Shown here: piece by piece, positions 12,036-19,937 of the stretch | Layout of the letters: every line of letters begins with the position of its first letter | Numbering within the stretch: the first letter of the stretch is position 1 | Origin: an uncultured Acidobacteriota bacterium | Lineage (GTDB): Bacteria; Acidobacteriota; Vicinamibacteria; Vicinamibacterales; CAVVIG01 | DNA: 64,000 nucleotides | Assembly (NCBI GenBank): GCA_963837345.1 | Contig: CAWIMX010000001.1 | Coordinates: 2,172,419-2,236,418 of the forward strand | Direction of reading: 5' to 3' | Made by a program: the position numbers and the translations under genes | Notes under the pieces: generated by a model | Seen by the model: the letters and a program-made list of their open reading frames with translations, nothing else | What the model was told of the DNA's origin: nothing | Databases searched by the model: none

Positions 12036-12302
12036 CTAGGTCTTCGTCAGCCGCTTCATGTAGGCCCCGAGCTTGTCGTTCTCGTATTTCACGGTATTCA
12101 GGAACAGGCTCTCCGCGAGGTACGCGCGGCGTTCCTCGTCGGTCATCTGCCCGATCAGGTGCTGGATCTCGCGCACCATGTCCTCGAAGGTGCGCTCGAG
12201 GTCGCGCTTCAGCGTGACTTCGCGGTAGAGCGTTTCCATGACGGCCAGGAGGTCGCCGTCCAGCGTGATCGCCGCGCCGGTCGTGGTGGTGATGGTTCGC
12301 AT
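12036..12302 (-). CDS. 88-aa Cys-free, predicted helical protein of unknown function
   Basis: Complete ORF, 3 nt upstream of the radical SAM start and 2 nt downstream of the STAS stop. Charged, helix-favouring composition. No family recognised by eye. Confidence 0.6.
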   Translation of the reverse strand: MRTITTTTGAAITLDGDLLAVMETLYREVTLKRDLERTFEDMVREIQHLIGQMTDEERRAYLAESLFLNTVKYENDKLGAYMKRLTKT

Positions 12303-12304
12303 GG

Positions 12305-12646
12305 TCAGGCCCCGAAACTCTTGATGGCGCTCGGCTCATCGGCATGAATCTCGATGAAGTTCTGCGCGCCCGTCATCGTCAGCATGGTTTCGACGCGTTT
12401 CTGGACGCCCGAGAGCTTCAGACGGCCGCCCGCGGTGTGGACCTGCCGGTAGAGATCCATGAGGCAGCCGATCGTCGCGCTGTCGACGTACGTGACGGGC
12501 GAGAGGTCGATCAGAATCTGCTGTCGGCCGGCAGCGACCAGGTCGGTGACGGCGGACGAGAAGTCGCCGAGCATGGGGTACATCAGGCGCGACTCGGCCA
12601 CACGCACGATCGACACGCCGCCGGCGGAATCCGTGGTCACCTGCAT
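12305..12646 (-). CDS. STAS-domain anti-sigma-factor antagonist (SpoIIAA/RsbV-like)
   Basis: QQILIDLSPVTYVDSATIGCLMDLYRQV...GGRLKLSGV is the canonical STAS pattern with a Ser in the DS context. Its ATG (12646-12644) overlaps the TGA of the sigma gene (TGATG). Confidence 0.85.
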   Translation of the reverse strand: MQVTTDSAGGVSIVRVAESRLMYPMLGDFSSAVTDLVAAGRQQILIDLSPVTYVDSATIGCLMDLYRQVHTAGGRLKLSGVQKRVETMLTMTGAQNFIEIHADEPSAIKSFGA

Positions 12647-13275
12647 CAGTGCACTCCCGGAGGGGGTCCGGCGGACGGTCCGCTCGGACGATAATCGTTG
12701 CCACGCAGCTTGCGGATGCGGCGGGCGAGCTCGGTGCGCCCGCGGTTGATCCGCGACTTCACCGTGCCTTCCGGCAGCCGCAGCCGGTCGGCAATTTCCT
12801 GGTACGACAGCTCCTGCAGATCGCGCATGACCACGGCGGAGCGCAGCGTCTCGGGCAGCGCCGACAGCGCTTCGCGCAGCAGATCGACGCGATCGCGCTG
12901 CTCGAGAGCGGCAACCGGCCCCGGCTCGTGCGATCGCGGCGAGAGCTCGCTCGCGTCCACGTGGCGGTCGATCGTCTCGCGCTCCTTGCGCACGCTGCGG
13001 TAGTGGTCGATGCAGAGGTTGCGACTGACGCTGATCAGCCACGTCTGAAAATTCGCCCGCCGGTCGAACGTGCCGAGCGACTTGAAGATCTTCAGGAAGA
13101 TGTCCTGCGTCAGGTCTTCGGCCTCTTCGTGCCGTCCGACGAACTTGTAGGCGAGGTTGAACACGCGCCGCCAGTGCTGGCTGACGATCCGTTCCCACGC
13201 CTGCTGATCGCCGTGCAGGCACTGCTGGATGAGCGTCTCGACGGCGTCGTTCGACGCGGGTGTGTCGGCGGCCAT
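12646..13275 (-). CDS. ECF (sigma-70 family group 4) RNA polymerase sigma factor
   Basis: Region 2 (AEDLTQDIFLKIFKSL, FQTWLISVSRNLCIDHYR) and region 4 (LSYQEIADRLRLPEGTVKSRINRGR). ATG at 13275. The rest of track ORF 12646..14280 is an artefact. Confidence 0.9.
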   Translation of the reverse strand: MAADTPASNDAVETLIQQCLHGDQQAWERIVSQHWRRVFNLAYKFVGRHEEAEDLTQDIFLKIFKSLGTFDRRANFQTWLISVSRNLCIDHYRSVRKERETIDRHVDASELSPRSHEPGPVAALEQRDRVDLLREALSALPETLRSAVVMRDLQELSYQEIADRLRLPEGTVKSRINRGRTELARRIRKLRGNDYRPSGPSAGPPPGVH

Positions 13276-13305
13276 GGAAAGCGCGTTAGTATAGGATACA
13301 TTGCC

Positions 13306-14559
13306 GTGGTCGGCTTCGCCCGCAGCCCCTCTTCCTCCGACGAGCTTTCCTGTGACGGCGTCTCGCTCACGGCCATCGCCGCCGCCACCGCCACGCCCGT
13401 GTACGTCTACAGCGCCGCCGAGATCGCGGCGCGCTACGCGGCGATGGACGCGGCGTTCGGCGAGTATCCCCACCGGCTCCACTACGCGCTCAAAGCCAAT
13501 TCCACGCTGGCGATCGCCAAGGCGATCGCCCGCCTCGGCGCCGCGGCCGATGCAAATTCCATCTGGGAGATCGAGGTCGCCCGCCGCGCCGGCTTTGCCG
13601 CCGCCGACATCGTGTTCACGGGCGTCGGCAAGACCGCCGACGAGCTCGAATGCGCGGTGCCGCTCGGCCTGAAGGCGATCAACGTCGAATCGGCCGGCGA
13701 ACTCGCGCGCATCGAAGCGATCGCCGCGCGGCGAGGGGTCGTCGCGCGCGTGGCCATTCGCGTCAATCCCGACGTCGACGCGAGAAGCCATCCCCACATC
13801 TCGACTGGTCTCAAGGTCAACAAGTTCGGGATTCCGCTCGACGAAGTGCGCATGCTCGTCGGCGGCCTGGCGTCGCGGCCGGCCGTGAAGCTGGTGGCCG
13901 TTCACGCGCATGTCGGCTCGCAGATCGCCGCCATCGATCCGGTCGCGCGCGCCGCCGCGCTGCTCGCCGGTCTGGCCGGCGAGATGCGCGCGGCCAATAT
14001 CGCGCTCGAGTACCTCGACCTCGGCGGCGGCCTTGGCATCGCGTACCACCCGGACGACCGCGTGCCGTCGCCCCTGGCGTACGCGCGGGCGCTCGTCGAC
14101 GCCGTACGTCCCACCAACCTTCCCCTCGTCGTCGAGCCGGGCCGGTCGATCGTGGGGCCGGCGGGCGCGCTCGTGGCGCGCGTGATCGACGTGAAGCCAC
14201 GAGATGCCGACAGCGAGTTCGTCGTGGTCGACGCGGGCATGACGGAATTGATGCGGCCCGCCCTCTACGGCGCGTTTCATCGCATCGAGCCCGTACGGCT
14301 GTCGGGGGGCGCGTCGAAGTGCTATGAAATCGTCGGTCCGGTCTGCGAGAGCGCCGACGTGCTGGGCCGCGACCGGACGCTCCCGCGGCTCGCGGTCGGC
14401 GACCTGGTGGCGATCCGCGACGCCGGCGCCTACGGGTCGGCGATGGCCTCCAACTACAACCGTCGGCCCATGCCCGCCGAGGTCCTCGTCCAGGATGGCG
14501 GCTGGCGCGTCGTGCGCCGGCGCCAGACCGTCGACGACATGCTCCGGATGGAAGCCTGA
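13306..14559 (+). CDS. lysA: Diaminopimelate decarboxylase
   Basis: TPVYVYS...HYALKAN...VESAGEL...GGGLGI...EPGRSIVG...CESAD...GAYG motifs. GTG 13306 is the first in-frame start after the divergent sigma gene. Confidence 0.93.
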   Translation: MVGFARSPSSSDELSCDGVSLTAIAAATATPVYVYSAAEIAARYAAMDAAFGEYPHRLHYALKANSTLAIAKAIARLGAAADANSIWEIEVARRAGFAAADIVFTGVGKTADELECAVPLGLKAINVESAGELARIEAIAARRGVVARVAIRVNPDVDARSHPHISTGLKVNKFGIPLDEVRMLVGGLASRPAVKLVAVHAHVGSQIAAIDPVARAAALLAGLAGEMRAANIALEYLDLGGGLGIAYHPDDRVPSPLAYARALVDAVRPTNLPLVVEPGRSIVGPAGALVARVIDVKPRDADSEFVVVDAGMTELMRPALYGAFHRIEPVRLSGGASKCYEIVGPVCESADVLGRDRTLPRLAVGDLVAIRDAGAYGSAMASNYNRRPMPAEVLVQDGGWRVVRRRQTVDDMLRMEA

Positions 14560-14561
14560 AC

Positions 14562-15161
14562 GTGGCCGGGATGTTGATCGCGTTCGAGGGGCTCGACCAG
14601 AGCGGCAAGCAGACGCAGGCGGAGCTGCTGCGCGATCGATTGAAACAGGAAGGGCGCAGGGCGCGCCTCGTCGCCTTTCCCGACTACGCGACGTCGATCG
14701 GCGAAGAGATCGCGCGCGCCCTGCAGGGAGAGCGCGAGTACGGCGCCGACGTCATGCAGCTGCTGTACGTCGCGAACCGCTACGAGCGCAAGCCGGACCT
14801 GCAGCGCTGGCTCGACGGCGGCCTGATTCTCGTGTGCGACCGCTATCTGGCGTCGAGCATCGCCTACGGCGAGGCGCAGGACCTCGACGCCGCCTGGTTG
14901 ATCGGCATGCAGCAGTACCTGCCGCAGCCGGCGCTGACCATTCTGCTCGACATCGCTCCGGACACGGCGGTCCAGCGCAAGGCGCTCGACCGCGATCGGT
15001 ACGAACGCGATCTGGCGCTCCTGGCCCGCGTGCGCGAGAGCTATCGTCGTCAGGCGGCCGCCCGGCCCGAGGCCTGGTCCGTCGTCGACGGCGAGCGGCC
15101 GACGTCGGCGGTGGCCGCCGACGTCTTCACCGCCGTGCAGTTACGACTCGGCACGCCGTAA
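14562..15161 (+). CDS. tmk: Thymidylate kinase
   Basis: IAFEGLDQSGKQTQ P-loop, DRY..SSIAYG, and a lid region. Complete ORF. Confidence 0.9.
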   Translation: MAGMLIAFEGLDQSGKQTQAELLRDRLKQEGRRARLVAFPDYATSIGEEIARALQGEREYGADVMQLLYVANRYERKPDLQRWLDGGLILVCDRYLASSIAYGEAQDLDAAWLIGMQQYLPQPALTILLDIAPDTAVQRKALDRDRYERDLALLARVRESYRRQAAARPEAWSVVDGERPTSAVAADVFTAVQLRLGTP

Positions 15162-15831
15162 GCGCCCGGACCTCGCGCACGCCCGCCTGCTTGAGCGTCC
15201 GGGCGCACGCCTCGAGCGTCGCACCCGTGGTGCGCACGTCGTCGACCAGCACCGCGGTCGCACCTTCGAGCGCGGCCACGTCGCGCGTCGGAACGAATGC
15301 GCCCCGGACGTTGCGGCGCCGCGCCGGGGCGTCGAGCCCGGTTTGCGACGGGGTGGCCCGCGCCCGGCGCAGCGCCGGCACCACGGGGGGACCCAGGCAG
15401 CGCGCCAGATCGACGGCCTGGTTGAATCCGCGAGCGAGCGCGCGCCAGCGGTGCAACGGGACGGGGACGACGGCCACCGCGCCGTCGAGTACGTCGCGAC
15501 CTCGGTCCCGCATCAGCGCGGCCAGCGGCCGCGCGACCGACCGTCGCCCGTCGTACTTGAGCGCGTGGACCAGCGCGCGCAGCACGCCGTCGTACTCGCC
15601 GATGGCCCGCGCCCGATCGACGGCGCGCGGCATCCGACGACAGCGGCCGCACCGGATCGGCGAGGCGATCGCGCCGCCGCGCGCGCCGAGGGGATCGCCG
15701 CAGGCATCGCAGACCGGCGGAGTGATCGGCAGGATCGCCGACCAGCAGCGCGCGCAGATCGCGGTGCCGGTGGGCCGATCGATCGGCTCGCCGCATGCCG
15801 CGCACGCGGGAGCCAGGACGACCGCGAGCAC
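15127..15831 (-). CDS. comF: ComF family protein (phosphoribosyltransferase domain)
   Basis: N-terminal Cys pairs (CAACG...CARCW...CDACG...CGRC) and a PRT motif (AVLVDDVRTTGATL). The start is uncertain: GTG 15831 was chosen to avoid overlap with rsfS, while the track start is 15981. Confidence 0.8.
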   Translation of the reverse strand: MLAVVLAPACAACGEPIDRPTGTAICARCWSAILPITPPVCDACGDPLGARGGAIASPIRCGRCRRMPRAVDRARAIGEYDGVLRALVHALKYDGRRSVARPLAALMRDRGRDVLDGAVAVVPVPLHRWRALARGFNQAVDLARCLGPPVVPALRRARATPSQTGLDAPARRRNVRGAFVPTRDVAALEGATAVLVDDVRTTGATLEACARTLKQAGVREVRALTACRVVTARR

Positions 15832-15860
15832 CGCATCGAGGACGCCTCGCGCGGCGCGCG

Positions 15861-16244
15861 TCAGGCGGTCGAGAAGGGGACCGGTTCGGCGTTCCCCCAC
15901 AGCCGTTCCAGGCCGTAGAAGAGCCGCGTCTCCGGCGAGAACACGTGGACGACGAAATCGAAGTAGTCGATGAGCACCCACTCGGATCGCTCGTAGCCCT
16001 CGACGTGCGCCGGCTTCATCCCGCGCGCCGCCAGCATGTCCATCACCGCGTCGGCGATCGCCGTGATCTGCCGCGCATTCTGGCCCGAGCAGATGACGAA
16101 GTAGTCGGTGAAGGCCGCCGAGTCGCGCAAGTCGAGCACGACGATGTCGGACGCCTTCTTGGCGTCGGCCGCGCGCACCGCCGACTCGAGGTCGGCGGGC
16201 GGCTGCCGCTTTCGGGCCTTGGCGGCCTTGTCAGTCTTGGCCAT
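15861..16244 (-). CDS. rsfS: Ribosome silencing factor
   Basis: IVVLDLRDSAAFTDYFVICSGQNARQITAIADAV...WVLIDYFDFVVHVF is typical RsfS/iojap. ATG at 16244. Confidence 0.9.
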   Translation of the reverse strand: MAKTDKAAKARKRQPPADLESAVRAADAKKASDIVVLDLRDSAAFTDYFVICSGQNARQITAIADAVMDMLAARGMKPAHVEGYERSEWVLIDYFDFVVHVFSPETRLFYGLERLWGNAEPVPFSTA

Positions 16245-16933
16245 GCAACCTGCCTGCCGCGCGATCGGGCGCGGGAGCGCGTGTGTCGGGAGCGTCGGAT
16301 GACCCGGCGTAAAGTCCATGCTGTTCAATATGTTGTGCGACGGCAGCCGGCACCAGCCCCGCGATGGAGCGGCCCTCGCCCCTCAGGCGCCGGATCGCAC
16401 TGGATGACACGTCGGCGGTCGGGCGATCGAGCAAAACGATCGCCGGCGCCCGACCGCGTTCGAGCGTCTGCGACACGCGCGAGGCCAGCGCCGGCAGGCG
16501 CTGGCCGACGAGGGATGCCTCGAGACCGGGCCGCGAGACGACCGCGAAGTGCGCCAGGTCGAGCACACCTGGATAAGCGTGCCAGCCTTCGATGTCGGCA
16601 AACGCATCGGCCCCGAGAATGAACACGAGGTCGTCTGGGGCGTACCCCTGGGCGAGCAGGCGCGCAAGGCTGTCGGCGGTGTACGAAGGCGCCTGGTGGA
16701 GGAGTTCGAGATCCGACACGCGCCATCCCCCGCGGCCCGCGACTGCCAGGGCCGCCATCGCGAACCGGTGATAGCTCGACGCGCGCGGCTGCGGCCGATG
16801 GGGCGGGTTGTTCGCAGGCATGATCACCAGGCCCTCGAGCCTGAGCGCCGCCTGTGCGGCCGCGGCGGCGTCCAGGTGCCCGCAGTGGATCGGGTCGAAG
16901 GATTCCGCCGAGGATGCCGATCCGCCCCGTCAC
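16231..16933 (-). CDS. nadD: Nicotinate-nucleotide adenylyltransferase, reading frame interrupted by one extra base near 16903
   Basis: The GTG at 16933 overlaps the obg stop (GTGA). MTGRIGILGG is in one frame and SFDPIHCGHLDAA...PANNPPHRP... in the next. GGCGGAATCCTTC would read GGSF if one A were removed. Confidence 0.8.
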
Positions 16934-17937
16934 AGGCGGGCCCACACCGCGTCGAGGAGCTCGGGAACGCCGGCGCCCGTCACGCCGGAGATCCGGAAGA
17001 AGGGCAGGCCCAGCGCGTCGGCGCGCTGCTCGAGCGCGGCGATCGCTCCGCTCTCGTCGGTTGGATCGGCGGCGTCCATCTTGTTGGCGGCGACGAGTTG
17101 CGGCTTGGCGGCGAGTGGCGCGTCGAAGAGCGCCAGCTCGCGACGCAAGGTCTCCAGATCCTCGGCCGGCAGGCGTCCACTCGCGCCCGAGACGTCCACG
17201 ACATGGACGAGCACCTTCGTCCGCTCGAGATGGCGCAGGAACTGGTGGCCGAGACCGTGGCCGTCGTGGGCGCCCTCAATGAGGCCGGGCACGTCGGCGA
17301 GCACGAAGCTGCGATCGGCATCGAGCCGCACGACGCCGAGGTTCGGCGTCAGCGTCGTGAACGGGTAGTCGGCAATCCGAGGCCGCGCGGCGGAGACGCG
17401 GGCGATCAGCGTGGACTTGCCTGCATTCGGAAAGCCCACGAGCCCGGCGTCGGCGAGCAGCTTCAGCTCGAGGCGCAGGTCCTTCACTTCGCCCGGCTCG
17501 CCGGGCTCGACCCGGCGCGGCGCGCGATTCGTCGACGACGCGAACCGGGCGTTGCCGCGGCCGCCACGGCCTCCGCGCGCCACGAGCACCTTCTGGCCCT
17601 CCGATGCCAGATCGGCCAGGAGGATCGGTTCGCCGTCCTCGACGCGTTCGTAGACGAGCGTGCCGATCGGAACGGCCAGGTCGAGGTCGGCACCGCTCGC
17701 GCCCGTCCGGTTCGATCCCTGGCCGTGCTGGCCGCGATCGGCGGAGAACTCGGGATGGAAGCGGTAGCTGATCAGCGTGTTGGTATGGGAGCTTGCGACG
17801 ACGAAGACCGACCCGCCATGACCGCCGTCGCCGCCGCTCGGACCGCCCCGCGGCACGAACTTTTCGCGGCGGAAGGCCAGGCACCCGCGCCCGCCGTCGC
17901 CGGCGGCGATGTGGATATCGACTTCGTCGACGAACAT
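16930..17937 (-). CDS. obg: GTPase Obg/CgtA
   Basis: MFVDEVDIHIAAGDGGRGCLAFRREKFVPRGGPSGGDGGHGG..., G1-G4 GTPase motifs (GFPNAGKST, DVPGLI, NKMD). Confidence 0.95.
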   Translation of the reverse strand: MFVDEVDIHIAAGDGGRGCLAFRREKFVPRGGPSGGDGGHGGSVFVVASSHTNTLISYRFHPEFSADRGQHGQGSNRTGASGADLDLAVPIGTLVYERVEDGEPILLADLASEGQKVLVARGGRGGRGNARFASSTNRAPRRVEPGEPGEVKDLRLELKLLADAGLVGFPNAGKSTLIARVSAARPRIADYPFTTLTPNLGVVRLDADRSFVLADVPGLIEGAHDGHGLGHQFLRHLERTKVLVHVVDVSGASGRLPAEDLETLRRELALFDAPLAAKPQLVAANKMDAADPTDESGAIAALEQRADALGLPFFRISGVTGAGVPELLDAVWARL

Positions 17938-17959
17938 CAGGCGGGAGACGCCCTCTCGG

Positions 17960-18217
17960 TCACTCCACGGGCACGACGCTCACGACGCGTCCACGCTCGC
18001 CGTGGTCTTCGAACCGGACGCGGCCGGTCGCCTTCGCAAAGATCGTGTCGTCCTTGCCGAGGCCCGCATTGAGCCCGGGCCGGAAGCGGCGGCCGCGCTG
18101 CCGGACGATGATCGTGCCGCCGCTGACGAGGTTGCCGTCGTGCGCTTTCACGCCGAGGCGCTGCGAGTTCGAATCGCGGCCGTTGCGGGAGCTGCCTTGT
18201 CCTTTTTTGTGAGCCAC
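17960..18217 (-). CDS. rpmA: 50S ribosomal protein L27
   Basis: (V)[23 protein letters not shown]...GTIIVRQRG. The GTG start at 18217 is in frame with the stop at 17960. Confidence 0.95.
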   Translation of the reverse strand: MAHKKGQGSSRNGRDSNSQRLGVKAHDGNLVSGGTIIVRQRGRRFRPGLNAGLGKDDTIFAKATGRVRFEDHGERGRVVSVVPVE

Positions 18218-18242
18218 TTCTTGAACCTCGAAATCGCCGCGA

Positions 18243-18557
18243 CTAGACGAGAATGCCGGTGACGCGCACGCGCGTGAACGTCGCGCGATGCCCTGTCGTG
18301 CGGCGCATGCCCTTGCGGCGCTTCTTCTTGAAGACGCGGACCTTCGGCCCCCGCGCCTCACCGTCGACGACGGCCTCGACGCGGGCGTTGGCGACGAACG
18401 GCGCGCCCGCCAGCACTTCACCGCCATCGGTTTCGACGAGCAGCACTTCCGCGAGGGTCAGCTTCGCGCCTGGTTCGCCCGCCGTGCCGTCGAGGAGCAC
18501 GGTCTCGCCCGGCACGACCCGATGCTGACGGCCACCCGCCTGGATGATTGCGTACAT
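18243..18557 (-). CDS. rplU: 50S ribosomal protein L21
   Basis: [14 protein letters not shown]...[23 protein letters not shown] at 18557, preceded by GGAGAGGG. Confidence 0.95.
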   Translation of the reverse strand: MYAIIQAGGRQHRVVPGETVLLDGTAGEPGAKLTLAEVLLVETDGGEVLAGAPFVANARVEAVVDGEARGPKVRVFKKKRRKGMRRTTGHRATFTRVRVTGILV

Positions 18558-18580
18558 GACGTGTCCCTCTCCGATCGCCA

Positions 18581-18615
18581 CAAAAGAAGTAGCTTACCAG
18601 AAGACCGGCTACTTC
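18581..18615 (-). terminator. Putative Rho-independent terminator after the lipoprotein gene
   Basis: On the minus strand, GAAGTAGC-(14 nt)-GCTACTTC is followed by TTTTG. The 5' arm overlaps the stop codon at 18611-18609. Confidence 0.5.
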
Positions 18616-19367
18616 AACAGGACGCGGGTGCCGCGGATCTTCTGACTGCTCAGCGCGCCGAGAAAGTTCGGCACGAGGCGGTCCATCAATTCGAAATACG
18701 AGGACAGCGCCGGCGTGTTCGTCTCGGGACCGTAGAGCACTTCCTCGCGATAGGTCTCCGAATAGAGCGTCGCGCCGGTCCGGCCGTCGATGAAGACGAA
18801 TTTCGGACGCAGCACGAAGCCCTTGCGCTCCTGGAAGGTGCGGACGGGCACGACGCTGCGCCGGCCGAACGCGTCGTAGACTTCGGTCTCGCGCTGAACG
18901 TAGCCCGACCGCTCGTTGGGCGCGAAGAGCACCGTCCCGGTGACGATGAGCGGACTTTGAAATTCCTCGCCGAGCCGCTTCCAGTACGCGACGTTGGCAA
19001 AGAGGCGTTCGTACGGCTCGAGGTCCTTCTCGTCCTTGATCTGCTCGGGCAGCGGCGTGCGGGCGTCGGTGTCGGCGGCCGCGGCGCCGGCCTCGGCGTT
19101 CTGATCGCGGGCGATTTGATCGAGGGCCAGCACGTCGGCGTCGATGACGCGCAGCGAGGATTTCGTCCGGAGCTGGCTGCGGAGCAGGCGGACGGTTTCC
19201 TGGTTGATGTCGACGTCCTGGTTGCCGCCGGTGACGAAGCCGGCGATCAACACGCGCTGGAACGCCGAGACGTCGAGCTTCGGCTGGATCGGGGTTTCGA
19301 TGGGAATCTCGAACATCGCCGGGCCGCACCCGATGGCTGCGGCGGCGAGAAGCGACGACACGGCCAT
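18609..19367 (-). CDS. Lipoprotein of unknown function
   Basis: MAVSSLLAAAAIGC lipobox at ATG 19367. An alternative ATG at 19421 would add a charged n-region. The rest of track ORF 18609..19679 is out-of-frame read-through of the TPR gene. Confidence 0.6.
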   Translation of the reverse strand: MAVSSLLAAAAIGCGPAMFEIPIETPIQPKLDVSAFQRVLIAGFVTGGNQDVDINQETVRLLRSQLRTKSSLRVIDADVLALDQIARDQNAEAGAAAADTDARTPLPEQIKDEKDLEPYERLFANVAYWKRLGEEFQSPLIVTGTVLFAPNERSGYVQRETEVYDAFGRRSVVPVRTFQERKGFVLRPKFVFIDGRTGATLYSETYREEVLYGPETNTPALSSYFELMDRLVPNFLGALSSQKIRGTRVLLK

Positions 19368-19389
19368 TCGCAGCGCGACGGGGATGCGC

Positions 19390-19743
19390 CTAGGACTGTT
19401 CGTGCTGAGCCGTGCGGTCATTGATTTCCTTGAACAGGTCGTAGTTCTGGCGGATCTGCTGATTGTTCGGCTCGAGCTCGAGCGCCTTTTCATAGGCGCG
19501 CCGGGCGCGATCCAGCTGCCCTTCATGCTCGTATCCGACCGCCAGGTCGTTGTACGCCGCGGCATAGGTCGGATCGATTTCGACCGCCTTCTCCCATCGG
19601 AACACGGCTTCGCGCCAGAGTCCGCGCTGCGCCACATTGATGCCGAACGCCACCTCGGCGCGCGCGTCGCTCCGGGCATCGGCGAAGGATGGCGTCGGGA
19701 CGAACAGCAGAGCCGTCAGGAGGGCGAGGGCTCGAAAAACCAT
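19390..19743 (-). CDS. Secreted TPR-repeat protein
   Basis: Signal peptide MVFRALALLTALLFVPTPSFADA followed by TPR-like repeats (AYNDLAVGYEHEGQLDRARRAYEKALELEPNN). Confidence 0.7.
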   Translation of the reverse strand: MVFRALALLTALLFVPTPSFADARSDARAEVAFGINVAQRGLWREAVFRWEKAVEIDPTYAAAYNDLAVGYEHEGQLDRARRAYEKALELEPNNQQIRQNYDLFKEINDRTAQHEQS

Positions 19744-19761
19744 GATCACCTGGACGATCCC

Positions 19762-19790
19762 ACTATAGGAGGGAATTTGGGCACTGGCAA
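19762..19790 (-). promoter_or_regulatory. Candidate sigma-70 promoter for the TPR/lipoprotein genes
   Basis: Minus strand TTGCCA-N17-TATAGT, about 15-20 nt upstream of the start codon. A perfect TATAAT on the plus strand at 19805-19810 may serve dprA. Confidence 0.4.
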
Positions 19791-19937
19791 GACATCCGCA
19801 GGCCTATAATCAAGGTTGGGAGGTCGAGTCCAGCCGTGTGTTTCGCGGCGGACCGCGCCTCCCTTACTGTTGTACCCGGCGGATCCGGAGGGGCGGGGCG
19901 GGGCGGCGCGGCCGCCAGGCGCGGAAAGGGGCCGCCC

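Noticed and set aside
19812-19845. tRNA-like T-arm string (GGAGGTCGAGTCCAGCC) in the spacer upstream of dprA
   Set aside because: The flanking bases do not form a T-stem, and I could not build an acceptor, D or anticodon arm around it. It is more simply part of a GGGAGG...CCTCCC leader hairpin.
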